A DNA stretch of 64,000 bases, from NCBI GenBank assembly GCA_965216785.1, contig OZ244197.1:1952001-2016000 (forward strand), written 5' to 3'. The stretch comes from Thermodesulfobacteriota bacterium (GTDB lineage: Bacteria; Desulfobacterota_D; UBA1144; Nemesobacterales; UBA2774). A program made the translations under genes and the position numbers. Numbering within the stretch: position 1 is the stretch's first letter; each line of letters starts with the position of its first letter. The notes beneath the pieces were generated by a model. The model was not told the DNA's origin, searched no databases, and saw only the letters and a list, made by a program, of their open reading frames with translations. Shown piece after piece: positions 29,896 through 41,721 of this stretch.

Positions 29896-31599
29896 ATGGC
29901 AAGAATGATTGGCGCCGAAATGTTTTTTGAGACTTTGATACACGAGGGCATAGATGTGGTGTTCGGGATTCCGGGCGGCTACGTGCTCAAAGTGTACGAC
30001 GTCATGCCGAAATATGAAGACAGGATAAAACACGTTCTTGCCAGACACGAGCAGGGAGCGACACATATGGCTGACGGTTACGCAAGGGCTTCGGGGAAAC
30101 CCGGCGTAGTGCTTTGCACATCGGGCCCGGCCGCAACGAACACCGTTACCGGCATCGCTACGGCTCAGATGGACTCTTCCCCTGTTGTGGTGTTTACAGG
30201 ACAGGTACCGCTGCCGTATCTTGGGAGCGACGCGTTTCAGGAAGCTGACCACATTGGGATCACAAGACCCTGCACGAAGCATAACTACCTTGTAAGAAGG
30301 GCCAAAGACCTTCCCCTGGCAATGAAAGAGGCTTTTTACATCGCGGGCACCGGAAGACCGAGCCCCGTGCTCGTTGACATGCCTAAGGACGTTATTCTCG
30401 GAGAGGACGAGCTGGTAATACCGGAAAGCGTTAGTCTCAGAGGCTACAAGCCCCCAAAGAAGGGCAACATTACGCAGGTTAAAAAAGCTGTAGATATGAT
30501 CCTCAAAGCAAAGCGCCCGTTAATTTTCGGCGGCGGCGGTATCATTTGGTCTGACGCCACGGAGGAGCTGAAAAAGTTTGCGCACAGACTAGAAATACCT
30601 GTTACCTCTACGCTTATGGGTCTGGGCTCCTACCCAGCGGACGATCCGCTTTTCGTAAACATGCTCGGGATGCACGGCTCATATGCCGCTAATATGGCGG
30701 TTCATGAGTCTGATCTAGTAATTTCCATAGGCGCTCGTTTTGACGACAGGGCCACAGGTGGAAATTTTGAGAAATTCGCCCCGAACGCAAAGATCATACA
30801 CATAGATATCGATCCCTCGACAATTGATAAAAACATAGTCGTACACTGTCCGATAATAGGCGATGCCAAAGCGGTGTTAAAGCAGATGATGGAGCTTCTG
30901 CCGGCTGAAATTAAAAAGAACAGGAAAAAATGGCTGGCTCAGATTAAGAAGTGGGACAAAGAGCACCCTATGAGCTATAACCAGAACGGGGATAAGATCC
31001 AGACAACTTATGTTATAGATACGCTAAGCAATTTAACAAAAGGCGAGTCGATAATCGTATCCGATGTCGGCCAGCACCAGATGTGGGTCGCACAGTTCTA
31101 TAAATTCAAATATCCGAGGACTCATATAACCTCGGGCGGGCTGGGTACAATGGGTTTTGGGTTCCCGGCGGCAATAGGGGCAAAGTTCGCGCGTCCCGAT
31201 AAGCAGGTTATATGTGTTTGCGGCGACGGCAGCTTCCAGATGAATATGCAGGAGCTCGCCACAGCGGTTGAGAACCGGATGGATATTAAGATAATTCTTA
31301 TGAATAACCGTCATCACGGTATGGTAAGACAGTGGCAGACGATGTTTTTCGACGGAAACTATTCCGCGTCGTATTTCGAAGTTCTGCCCGACTTCGTCAA
31401 GCTTGCCGAGTCGTTTGGTGCAAGGGGGCTTAGAGCGGAAAGGCCCGAGGACGTTGAGTCTACACTCAGAGAGGGGCTCTCGACCGAAGGCGTTGTGCTG
31501 ATGGAGATGATGGTTGACTGCGAAGAGCTCGTTTATCCTATGATCGCTCCCGGAGGCGCCATGAACGAAATGATCTTAGGCGCATCTGATGTAGCTTAA
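29896..31599 (+). CDS. ilvB: acetolactate synthase large subunit
   Basis: RHEQGA, TSGPAATN, DAFQE, DVGQHQMW, GDGSFQMN. Confidence 0.96.
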   Translation: MARMIGAEMFFETLIHEGIDVVFGIPGGYVLKVYDVMPKYEDRIKHVLARHEQGATHMADGYARASGKPGVVLCTSGPAATNTVTGIATAQMDSSPVVVFTGQVPLPYLGSDAFQEADHIGITRPCTKHNYLVRRAKDLPLAMKEAFYIAGTGRPSPVLVDMPKDVILGEDELVIPESVSLRGYKPPKKGNITQVKKAVDMILKAKRPLIFGGGGIIWSDATEELKKFAHRLEIPVTSTLMGLGSYPADDPLFVNMLGMHGSYAANMAVHESDLVISIGARFDDRATGGNFEKFAPNAKIIHIDIDPSTIDKNIVVHCPIIGDAKAVLKQMMELLPAEIKKNRKKWLAQIKKWDKEHPMSYNQNGDKIQTTYVIDTLSNLTKGESIIVSDVGQHQMWVAQFYKFKYPRTHITSGGLGTMGFGFPAAIGAKFARPDKQVICVCGDGSFQMNMQELATAVENRMDIKIILMNNRHHGMVRQWQTMFFDGNYSASYFEVLPDFVKLAESFGARGLRAERPEDVESTLREGLSTEGVVLMEMMVDCEELVYPMIAPGGAMNEMILGASDVA

Positions 31600-31683
31600 T
31601 TCATACGATTAAGTATAATACTCGGGCTGTGAACAGTATTCCCATTTATACTCACAAAGAAAAAATAGCGGAGGTATGAATAA

Positions 31684-33202
<1,519 letters not shown>

Positions 33203-33203
<1 letters not shown>

Positions 33204-33871
33204 TGAAAAACACCCGGGCTCCCATAGCGTCCGAAGGGTTTACATATATTGGTGTGCTGGCGCTTTTTGCATGGGCGGCGGCAATACTCAATTTTACTCT
33301 GATATCAATTATTTTAGCCGCTCTTGCGGTGGTCTGCGTATTTTTCTTCCGCGACCCCGAGCGCAACATTCAATCTGACGCCGATTCAGTCGTATCTCCC
33401 GCAGACGGGACAGTGATAACCGTTGACGAGGCTTATGAGAGAGACTTCCTGAACGCCCCGGTAAAGAGGGTCAGCATTTCGCTTGCTCTCTATGACTGCC
33501 ATATAAACAGAATGCCTGTCGGGGGAAAAGTGGGCGGGTCGAAATACACGCCCGGAAGCTTCAACATTGCCAACATGCCGGGGTGGCTGTACCCGGATTC
33601 GATGAAGAAAGCCTCTGACGAAAACGAGAGGCGCTCTACTCTGATCGAAACCCCAAGGGGTCAGGAATTTGTTGTTTACCAGATGACCGGTTTTTTAGCG
33701 CGCCGCATTGTGTCTTACGCAGAGCTCGGCATGGAATTTAAAAAGGGCGATAGATACGGTATGATTAAGTTCGGATCGAGGGTGGATTTATACATGCCCG
33801 AAGAGTGCGTTGTGGAAGCAAGAATAGGTGATAAAGTCGTAGCGGGAGAAACTGTAATAGCGTGGATGTAA
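33203..33871 (+). CDS. psd: phosphatidylserine decarboxylase proenzyme
   Basis: FFRDPER, SPADG, HINRMP, NERR, IKFGSRVD cleavage motif. Confidence 0.92.
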
Positions 33872-34707
33872 AAGAAAGCGGTAAGAGAAAGAATAGATCT
33901 AAACGAAATAAAGTAATGCCGATAATTCCCAATATTTTTACTACCGGGAACCTGTTTTTCGGCCTGCTCTCGATAATGACGTCGATAGAGGTGCTGCACG
34001 CAACCGCCGCGGGAACAGCAGAGTCTGAATGGCTGTTTTCAAGGCTGTGGTGGGCCGCGGGCTTTTTGGTGATAGCGGCGTTCTTTGATGTTCTGGACGG
34101 AAAGCTGGCCCGCTTTATTAAGCACGAGAGTAAATTCGGGCTCTCATATGACTCGCTTTCAGATCTGGTTTCGTTCGGCGTTGCCCCAGGGATATTAATT
34201 TATGTATGGGTGCTGATGGGCACGGGTAAGCTTGGGCTTATGGCGCTGCTCTTCTATATAGTATGCACAGCTCTCAGGTTAGCCCGATTTAACGTACAGT
34301 CGGGCAATGTGGAAAGGTTTAAGTTCACAGGGCTTCCGAGCCCGTGGGCCGCGGGGCTTATGGTATCGCCCGTGATGCTCCTTAGCGCTTTTCAGATTGT
34401 CCCGGACCAAAGGGTGGTATGGTATTACCTGGCGGCGGCTCCTTTTATCGGGCTCCTTATGGTGAGCAATATCCCGTACTGGAAGCGCCCGGCGTTTAAT
34501 ACCGCCGGCCCGTTTAACGCCCTGGTTGTTGCCGCGATACTGTTTGCAGCGGTAATTACAAACCCTGAGATAGTTTTTATTTCAGTAGCTTATCTTTATG
34601 CGGCTGTTGGTTTAGGGGCGTACGTTTATAAACAGCTAAGAGACTGGTCCAAATCACCGGACGAGGCCGGGAGCGCTGATAAAACCAGGAGCGAAGAAGG
34701 CGGCTGA
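33862..34707 (+). CDS. pssA: CDP-diacylglycerol--serine O-phosphatidyltransferase
   Basis: PNIFT, FDVLDGKLAR, DSLSDLVSFGVAP, RLARFN, FTGLP. Confidence 0.93.
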   Translation: MDVKESGKRKNRSKRNKVMPIIPNIFTTGNLFFGLLSIMTSIEVLHATAAGTAESEWLFSRLWWAAGFLVIAAFFDVLDGKLARFIKHESKFGLSYDSLSDLVSFGVAPGILIYVWVLMGTGKLGLMALLFYIVCTALRLARFNVQSGNVERFKFTGLPSPWAAGLMVSPVMLLSAFQIVPDQRVVWYYLAAAPFIGLLMVSNIPYWKRPAFNTAGPFNALVVAAILFAAVITNPEIVFISVAYLYAAVGLGAYVYKQLRDWSKSPDEAGSADKTRSEEGG

Positions 34708-34900
34708 GACCACTCGACTAATACTTGGGTAAATCCGGCGGGGTTTGTTCGTTTGTCGATATTCCTGAAAACGCTAAACGAGTCGTAATATAGTTTTTTC
34801 GGTATCTAATAAATAGTCTTGAATGCGGGCTAATCCTCATTATCATTTCTAAAAGACAACGGACAAAGGCTCGATTCCGAATACCAAACAGAGGAAGCGT

Positions 34901-37777
34901 ATGAATATTAAAGACTTACTATCCAAATATTTAGCTGTATCGGCAGGCTCAAAGGGCGTCTCGGGCGCTTTTGCGGTTTTTATTTTTACTTTTATCGCAG
35001 TAAGCTTTTTGGCTGTATCGTGCAGCCGGGACGGGAATAATCAAGAGGAGAAAAAAATGGAAGCTGGTAAAGAAGAGCTTAATAATCAAACACAAAGTAA
35101 AGGCGCATCGGGCGAGGGCGGTATTACCAAGTACGAGCTCAAGAACGGGCTTACGGTGATTCTTGAAGAGAATCACGCCTCTCCGGTGGTCTCGGTGAAC
35201 GTGTGGGTGGAGACAGGGAGCGCCTGCGAGGTGGAAGGCGAGTACGGACTTGCTCACGTGCACGAGCACATGCTTTTTAAGGGCACAGAGAAAAGGGATG
35301 TGGGTGAGATCGCGCGGGTGATCGAGTCAAGCGGCGGGGACATTAACGCTTTTACTTCTTTTGACGAGACGGTTTACTATGTGGTTATCGCGAGCAGGTT
35401 TCTGGACACTGCTCTTGACGTGCTCTCTGACGCCATGCAGAACTCCACGTTTGACCCCGGGGAGCTTGAGAAAGAGCTTGAGGTTGTGGTGGAGGAGATA
35501 AGACGGGGGCAGGACTCACCGGGAAGAAATTTGAGCGAGAAGATGTTCAGCACCGCTTTTACCGAGCACCCCTACGGGAGGCCGATTATCGGGAGCATCG
35601 AGAGCGTGAGGAGCTTTACTAGAGAAGGAATACTGGAATTTTATAAGAAATGGTATTCCCCTGAAAACATGGTGCTCGTCGTTGTCGGGGATTTTGATTC
35701 TGACACTGTGGGGCAAAAGATTGAAGAGACGTTCGGCAAGCTCAAGAAAAAAGAGGTGGCCGAGTGCGTGATCGAAGACGAGCCCGAGCAGGAGGGGATG
35801 AGGACCTTTATTATTGATAAGCCCTTGCAGGAGGGGTACTTCTCCTTCGCCTACCATATCCCCAACGCCAGACACGAGGACACGCCGGTGATGGATGTGC
35901 TCTCAAACATCCTGGGAGGGGGAGAGAGCTCTAGACTTTACAGGAATATTAAAGAAGAAAAGGGGATTGTGAACAATATCTACGCCTATTCGTTTACCCC
36001 TAAATATGAGGGGATACTCGCGGTGGGCGGGACCATAGACCCCGTGAAATCCAAGGAGACACTAAAGGAAGTAATGACTGAGCTAAACAGGCTGAAGTAC
36101 GAGCCCGTAAGCGCGGAGGAGCTTGAGAGGGTAAAGGTGAATATCGAAAGCGACGCGGTGTATACGAAAGAGACTATGCAGGGGCAGGCTCAGAAGCTAG
36201 GGTTCTATGAGGTCGAGACCGGAGACTTCAGGTTTGAGGAAGAGTACTTAGAGGGCGTACGCAACGTGAGCGCCAAAGATATAATGGAGGCGGCCAGAAA
36301 ATATATAAATAACGATAACCTCACGGCAGGTTACTTGCTGCCTACCGGGCAGGTGAGTATAACTGACGCCGAGATTAGGGAAATTGCGGCTAAATCTACC
36401 TCTGATGCGGACAAAGAGGCCGCCGCTAAATCAGAGAGCTCGGGAGAGGAGCTTATTGAGGAAGTGATAGAGGTTGAGAGCGCTTCGGCGGACGCCGGGC
36501 CTGCGCAAAAAGCTTCTTATACCGGCGTATCATCGCCGAATGTAAGTAAACACGTTTTGGAAAACGGCATTCAGGTACTGATAAAAGAAAATAACTCTAT
36601 TCCCCTATTCGCGGCGCGCGCCGCGTTCCTTGGCGGCGTGAGATATGAGGACGAGTCCACTAACGGGGTCTCTAATTTTGTATCACGAATGCTCACAAGA
36701 GGCACAGAGACAAGGACCGCTCAGGACATTGCGGAGCAGATAGAGTCCATAGCGGGCGATGTGTCAGGGTTCTCCGGGCGTAACAGCTTTGGAGTGACAG
36801 TCGAGTCTCTAAGTAAAAATTTTCCTGAAGCGTTCGAGATATTTTCAGACGTGCTGCTGCACCCCTCTTTTGACGCGCAGGAGGTTGAACGCGCTAGGAG
36901 GGAGATACTGGCAGAGATAAACCGTCAGGGCGATAACCTTCTTAAGACCACGGTGAACCTCTTTTTAGAGACTCTGTACAGCGAGCACCCGTATAAATAT
37001 AATTCGCTCGGCACAGTAGAGACGGTAAGTGATTTTAACGGTTCTGACCTTGCTTCGTTCTACGAGAAATACGCCCGTCCCGAGAATATGGTTATTACGG
37101 TGGTGGGTAATGTGAACGAGGATGATGTGCTCGCGCTTGTAAAAGAAAAATTCGGCGCACTCGAAAAGGGCAAGAGCCCGGTTCCGCAAATAGCCGCCGA
37201 GCCCGCGCCAACTGAAATAAAAACCAAAGTCGACACTAAGCCCGATAAGGCCCAGATGCATATTATTATGGGGTTTCAGGGCCCGACCCTAAAGGATAAA
37301 GACCACTACGCGTTTGAGGTACTAAACACGATCCTTTCGGGGCAGGGCGGGAGACTGTTCCTTGAGCTAAGGGATAAGAAGAGCCTCGCCTACACCGTGA
37401 CTTCGTTCTACACGCCCGGGCTTGAACCCGGGTTCTTCGGTGTGTATATCGGAACCGCACCCCCAAAAGAGCAAGAGGCGATCTCCGGCATAAAATCAGA
37501 GCTCGATAAACTTCTTAGAGACGGAGTGACAGAGGCAGAGCTTGCGCGCGCCCAGAATTATCTCGTAGGAAACTTTGAGATCGGGCTTCAGCAGAACTCG
37601 GCGCAGGCTGCCAAGATAACTTTCGATGAACTCTACGGGATCGGGTGGGAAGAGTATCAGAAATATCCTGACAACATCTACTCCGTTACCAAAGAGGACG
37701 TGCTCGAGGCCGCGAGAAAATACATTGATCTTGACAGATACACGCTTACGATAGTAAAACCCGACGAGACGACCTAG
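34901..37777 (+). CDS. M16 family zinc peptidase, probable lipoprotein
   Basis: HVHEH (HxxEH), INAFTSFDET, two M16 halves, AVSC lipobox-like motif. Confidence 0.92.
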   Translation: MNIKDLLSKYLAVSAGSKGVSGAFAVFIFTFIAVSFLAVSCSRDGNNQEEKKMEAGKEELNNQTQSKGASGEGGITKYELKNGLTVILEENHASPVVSVNVWVETGSACEVEGEYGLAHVHEHMLFKGTEKRDVGEIARVIESSGGDINAFTSFDETVYYVVIASRFLDTALDVLSDAMQNSTFDPGELEKELEVVVEEIRRGQDSPGRNLSEKMFSTAFTEHPYGRPIIGSIESVRSFTREGILEFYKKWYSPENMVLVVVGDFDSDTVGQKIEETFGKLKKKEVAECVIEDEPEQEGMRTFIIDKPLQEGYFSFAYHIPNARHEDTPVMDVLSNILGGGESSRLYRNIKEEKGIVNNIYAYSFTPKYEGILAVGGTIDPVKSKETLKEVMTELNRLKYEPVSAEELERVKVNIESDAVYTKETMQGQAQKLGFYEVETGDFRFEEEYLEGVRNVSAKDIMEAARKYINNDNLTAGYLLPTGQVSITDAEIREIAAKSTSDADKEAAAKSESSGEELIEEVIEVESASADAGPAQKASYTGVSSPNVSKHVLENGIQVLIKENNSIPLFAARAAFLGGVRYEDESTNGVSNFVSRMLTRGTETRTAQDIAEQIESIAGDVSGFSGRNSFGVTVESLSKNFPEAFEIFSDVLLHPSFDAQEVERARREILAEINRQGDNLLKTTVNLFLETLYSEHPYKYNSLGTVETVSDFNGSDLASFYEKYARPENMVITVVGNVNEDDVLALVKEKFGALEKGKSPVPQIAAEPAPTEIKTKVDTKPDKAQMHIIMGFQGPTLKDKDHYAFEVLNTILSGQGGRLFLELRDKKSLAYTVTSFYTPGLEPGFFGVYIGTAPPKEQEAISGIKSELDKLLRDGVTEAELARAQNYLVGNFEIGLQQNSAQAAKITFDELYGIGWEEYQKYPDNIYSVTKEDVLEAARKYIDLDRYTLTIVKPDETT

Positions 37778-37861
37778 CAGCTTTAATCTGAAGAACCTTT
37801 CAAATTTCCAACATTAAGAGCATCGGATAGGTGCGTTCGCTGATTACACTTAAAAACACTA

Positions 37862-37891
37862 TTGCAATTTTGTGGGGGATTGTAGTATAAT
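37862..37891 (+). promoter_or_regulatory. orphan sigma70-type promoter
   Basis: TTGCAA-18-TATAAT with no annotated CDS downstream on this strand. Confidence 0.55.
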
Positions 37892-37896
37892 GGGTG

Positions 37897-38000
37897 GTTA
37901 ATGAGCCCGGGGGAGATCAAAATCTGTACTCCTTAAGTACTCGTTAAAGGAGGAGTAGATTCTAAAGAGGTATGGAGAGTCTCTTCCCCCGGACCCATGT
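37897..38000 (+). ncRNA. candidate structured small RNA (unassigned)
   Basis: CCGGGGG (37907-37913) pairs with CCCCCGG (37986-37992); inner TACTCCT/AGGAGTA stem; lies directly after the promoter. Confidence 0.35.
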
Positions 38001-38213
38001 TTGGTATTACGTTTATAGTATAGCTAATAATTTCGGATTGTGACTATAAAATATTCCCCCGGCATACCCAATATTTATATGAGCCGTAATTACTACTGTA
38101 AATACTAATAGTTTTGGCTTCGGCAAACCTCGGATAATTACAGCTCGACTGGGAAAAGCACTTTGCCATACCTATAATTTGACAACAATTCTGTTATCTA
38201 CACTCCGGAAATC

Positions 38214-39068
38214 TTACCAGTGCTTTCCGTAAAGCTTCTCGGCGTTATTCCAGAAGATGTCGTCTTTTAGCTGCTCTGAAATGTCTGCGCCTTCTATCTT
38301 CCAGTACTCTGACGCAAAGTCGCTCCATGGGATATCAGAGCCGAAAAGGAACCTGTCGCCCCCGATGCCTCTTTCCTCAATTTCCTTAAGAAGCCAAGTT
38401 GACCCGAAACCCACAGCCCAAGAGGAATCCGTGTAGACCTTGTAGCCCTCTTCAACCAGATCGAAGAACCTTGGGACAAATTTTATGTGGCCGCTCACGC
38501 CGCCGCCCATGTGCACGACATGGATTTTAACCCTTTTGCCATACTCTTTTATGAGCCCGAGTGCGTTATCTATGTCCGAGCCTCCACCGGGGCTGGTGTG
38601 AATGTGGAGCGGCATATCGTTTTCTTCCGCTGCGCCCAGGATCATTTCCCATAGCGCTTTAGAGTCTTCGTCCCACTCCGCAGGGTTAAACGTTCCGCCG
38701 AGAAGGCAGGTGGTCTTAAGACCTACGAGTCCCTGCTCGCCGATCAGACTCAGTGCCTCTTCAGTGCGCTCCTTATCTTTTGGAAGCGCTGAGACCCATA
38801 TTAATCCCATCAGACGGTCAGTCGACTGTACGCTTTCTCCGACAAGGGGATTTAAAGTAAAGGGCTGGGCCGAATCCGGGTAACCGTAATTGGCCATTAT
38901 GAGCGCTCTGTCCACGCCGTGCCCGTCCATACCCTTTAGATATTCGTCCGCGGTGTCATAGTCTGTTGTAGGCTTGACCGCTTCGGGGAGCCCGTAGTAC
39001 GCAAACCCCGGAACAGGACCTATGTGACTGTGGTTATCAAATACCTTCTTTCTATTATTCATACCCAT
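38214..39068 (-). CDS. amidohydrolase family (Amidohydro_2-like) metal-dependent hydrolase
   Basis: FDNHSHIG, LHIHTSPG, VVHMGGG, FGSDIPW; AGGAGG RBS. Confidence 0.88.
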   Translation of the reverse strand: MGMNNRKKVFDNHSHIGPVPGFAYYGLPEAVKPTTDYDTADEYLKGMDGHGVDRALIMANYGYPDSAQPFTLNPLVGESVQSTDRLMGLIWVSALPKDKERTEEALSLIGEQGLVGLKTTCLLGGTFNPAEWDEDSKALWEMILGAAEENDMPLHIHTSPGGGSDIDNALGLIKEYGKRVKIHVVHMGGGVSGHIKFVPRFFDLVEEGYKVYTDSSWAVGFGSTWLLKEIEERGIGGDRFLFGSDIPWSDFASEYWKIEGADISEQLKDDIFWNNAEKLYGKHW

Positions 39069-39094
39069 ATGACTGCCTCCTATATGTATTTTTT

Positions 39095-39469
39095 TTAGTG
39101 AGTCTCCATTTTTTCCCCAACGCGCGCGCGCATGGACTTTTCTATCGATGTTGAAGATTCTCCCTTCTCTAAGCGTCCGGCAACTTCTTTAAAATCGTCT
39201 CCGTACCCTTTCTTTGTCTGACTCTCGGCTTTATTCATAGTGTCAGCGAGCGTTTTTGTATCTTCTTTCTGTAATTTTTGTTTTCGGGATTCTAATGCTG
39301 CAGGTGAAGGTTTCTCTTTGGCAACGGCGACGCTTGAGATGATGCGCTCCAGTCTCTTGCCGCCGCACTCGGGACAAAGCGGCTTTTCTTCACTTGCTTC
39401 TGTGAAACTTAGGAAAAACACCTCTACATCTTGGTTACAGTCTAAACAGTTGTATTCATAGATAGGCAT
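39095..39469 (-). CDS. FmdB family zinc-ribbon protein
   Basis: MPIYEYNCLDC...CPECGG..LERIIS. Confidence 0.9.
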   Translation of the reverse strand: MPIYEYNCLDCNQDVEVFFLSFTEASEEKPLCPECGGKRLERIISSVAVAKEKPSPAALESRKQKLQKEDTKTLADTMNKAESQTKKGYGDDFKEVAGRLEKGESSTSIEKSMRARVGEKMETH

Positions 39470-39474
39470 TTAGT

Positions 39475-39606
39475 TTTCCTAAAGTTGATATTTCATATAT
39501 TGTAGGAAATATTGCGTTGGTAGTCAACCACTAATTTTAGTAGTTTGAAATAATATTTTGGAGCGGACAAAAAACTCTTGACTTGATTTCCTAAAGTTGA
39601 TAAAGT
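39475..39606. promoter_or_regulatory. divergent promoters with a duplicated 16-bp putative operator
   Basis: TTTCCTAAAGTTGATA at 39475-39490 and 39587-39602; minus-strand TTGACT-17-TACAAT (39527-39499); plus-strand TTGACT-17-TAAAGT (39578-39606). Confidence 0.7.
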
Positions 39607-39640
39607 GTCAAGTATAGTAAACGCGTTTAGTGAAGGTCAG

Positions 39641-40102
39641 TTGGAAAAAATTATTTTTAAGATAGCCGAAAACGAAGAAGAACTAGAGGGTTGTTTTAGG
39701 ATTCGACGTGAAGTATTTGTTGATGAGCAAAAAGTATTCGACGAGACGGATGTAGATGTGTATGACACAGATCCGTTTCATAAAGCGGTACACATTATTG
39801 CACTTAAGGAGTCGGACGGCACGATGGTAGGTGCAGTCAGGTGTTATAGAAAAGAAGGTGATACATGGTTTGGTGGGCGCTTGAGCGCGGCGCGCGGTTA
39901 CCGTAACGGCAGGGTAGGGGCAGGGCTTGTGAGATTCGCCGTAAAAACCATGAAATCGGGTGACTGTAAGAATTTTTACGCATACGTGCAGCCTCAGAAC
40001 GTAAGATTTTTTCAAAGGTTGGGCTGGGAACCTGTAGGAGAGCCTGAGACATACCAAGGACTCCCTCATCAGTTAATGAAAGCTGATTTAGATTCAGAAT
40101 AA
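39641..40102 (+). CDS. MSMEG_0567/Sll0786 family GNAT N-acetyltransferase
   Basis: IRREVFVDEQ, VGAVRCY, WFGGRL, LVRFAV, AYVQPQNVRFFQRLGW, HQLMKADL; TTG start chosen downstream of the promoter. Confidence 0.88.
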   Translation: MEKIIFKIAENEEELEGCFRIRREVFVDEQKVFDETDVDVYDTDPFHKAVHIIALKESDGTMVGAVRCYRKEGDTWFGGRLSAARGYRNGRVGAGLVRFAVKTMKSGDCKNFYAYVQPQNVRFFQRLGWEPVGEPETYQGLPHQLMKADLDSE

Positions 40103-40118
40103 ACGATTAAGGGTCGAA

Positions 40119-41087
40119 ATGCAGGATTTAATCAGGAACCTCAAATCATCGGATACGCTAGCTCAAAAAGAGACCATACAAAATATTTGGGAGTATTTCC
40201 CGAAGTTCTCAGAAATATCCGGCGAAAAAGTGCATCTCGGAGACGACGCGGCAGCCATTAAGTCAGGAGATGAGTACTTACTGCTTGCCGGAGAGGGCGT
40301 ATACCCGCCGCTCCTTAAATCAAACCCTTATTTAGCCGGACGAACATCCGTGCTAACCAACGTTAATGATATTTACGCGATGGGCGGAAGACCTGTGGCT
40401 ATTGTGGATGTGCTTATGTCACAGGATGTACAAACTACAGGCGAAGTATTGAGAGGTATTAGAGATAATGCCGAGCGCTACGACGTGCCGGTGGTAGGGG
40501 GTCATATATCTCAGGAAACGCCTGCAACTTCTCTCGCTGTCTTTATCTTGGGCAGAGCAAAGAAACTCATTTCGAGCTTTAACGCCCGGAGCGGAGACGA
40601 CCTGGTCTTTATTACAAACTCAAAAGGAAAGTTTGTCTCCGGGTTTAATTTCTGGGACTCCTCGAGCATGCTCAAAGGCTCTGAGGTAAGGGGCGACCTG
40701 GAGCTATTGGCCGAGACCGCGGAACAAGAGCTGGCAGATGCGGGAAAAGACGTGAGTATGGCGGGCTTGATCGGCTCTGTGCTAATGCTCCTTGAAAGCT
40801 CCTCTGTAGGCGCGGAGATAAATATCGACTCTATCCCACGTCCTTTTGAAGTACCGCTTGCGGAGTGGATGCTTGCGTTTCCGAGCTTCGGTTTCATATT
40901 GTCCGTAGATCCTAAGAATACTCCCCGGGTGAGAGAGAAATTCACCACTTCCGGGCTTAGCTGTGAGAGTATAGGCAGGGTGATAGAGGAAAAGAGCGTT
41001 TATTTCGTTGACGACAAGGGTCAAAGAGAGCTATTTTGGGATTTTCATGAAAGCGCGTTAATAGGTACAGGGGAAACAATTTCGTAA
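40119..41087 (+). CDS. Sll0787 family AIR synthase-related protein (PurM/SelD/ThiL/HypE fold)
   Basis: GDDAAAI, NVNDIYAMGGRPVAIVD, VPVVGGH, AGKDVSMAGLIG, WMLAFPSFGF. Confidence 0.88.
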   Translation: MQDLIRNLKSSDTLAQKETIQNIWEYFPKFSEISGEKVHLGDDAAAIKSGDEYLLLAGEGVYPPLLKSNPYLAGRTSVLTNVNDIYAMGGRPVAIVDVLMSQDVQTTGEVLRGIRDNAERYDVPVVGGHISQETPATSLAVFILGRAKKLISSFNARSGDDLVFITNSKGKFVSGFNFWDSSSMLKGSEVRGDLELLAETAEQELADAGKDVSMAGLIGSVLMLLESSSVGAEINIDSIPRPFEVPLAEWMLAFPSFGFILSVDPKNTPRVREKFTTSGLSCESIGRVIEEKSVYFVDDKGQRELFWDFHESALIGTGETIS

Positions 41088-41097
41088 CAGGTGGAAG

Positions 41098-41685
41098 ATG
41101 GATATAGAAAGAAATCAAATAGATCATATTGTTTCAAAGCTCGGGGAGAAGATTAAGGTTCTCCGAACGGAAAAAAATATGTCGCTGAAAGACCTCTCGG
41201 AAAGATCGGGAATTTCCGCGGCCGCAATACATAAGATAGAAGCGAACGGCATCATCCCGACAATCACGACGATGATGAAGATCGCGGACTCGCTCGGGAA
41301 AAACGTGAGTCATTTTATAGAGGAAGACCGTAAGGATAAAGACGTAGTGTTCGTTCCGGCAAAAAAACGCGAGCCGATTCTTACGTTTAAAAAAGGGCTC
41401 GATTTAAAGGGTATTTCGGCAAAGCAGTATGGGGATTTTATTATGACTGCCGCCTACGCGACAGTAGCTGTAGGAGCGACGAGCGGCAGGAGCCCAATGA
41501 AGCACCAAGGTGAGGAGCTTGTTTATTGCCTTCAGGGAAAGATCGAATTCAAGATCAAAAATGAAACCTATGTCTTGGGTCCCGGGGACAGTCTCAATTT
41601 CAGGACGCACCACGACCATAAATGGAAGAATGTAGGTAATAAAGAGGCAAAACTAATATGGGTGCTGGCTGTTCCGCCGACATAA
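41098..41685 (+). CDS. XRE-family HTH transcriptional regulator with cupin domain
   Basis: LRTEKNMSLKDLSERSGIS..IE..PTI; HQGEE..Y.LQG, LGPGDS, HKWKN. Confidence 0.92.
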   Translation: MDIERNQIDHIVSKLGEKIKVLRTEKNMSLKDLSERSGISAAAIHKIEANGIIPTITTMMKIADSLGKNVSHFIEEDRKDKDVVFVPAKKREPILTFKKGLDLKGISAKQYGDFIMTAAYATVAVGATSGRSPMKHQGEELVYCLQGKIEFKIKNETYVLGPGDSLNFRTHHDHKWKNVGNKEAKLIWVLAVPPT

Positions 41686-41721
41686 GATAGAGCGGGGCGG
41701 CGCAGCGATACGGAATCTATT

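Noticed and set aside
37897-38000. 6S RNA or SRP RNA
   Set aside because: Too short for a typical 6S RNA and lacks the SRP domain IV motif; kept only as an unassigned candidate.
40119-41087. Selenophosphate synthetase or a selenoprotein system
   Set aside because: Lacks the SelD N-terminal Cys/Sec-x-x-Lys motif, and no cluster ORF appears truncated at an in-frame TGA.
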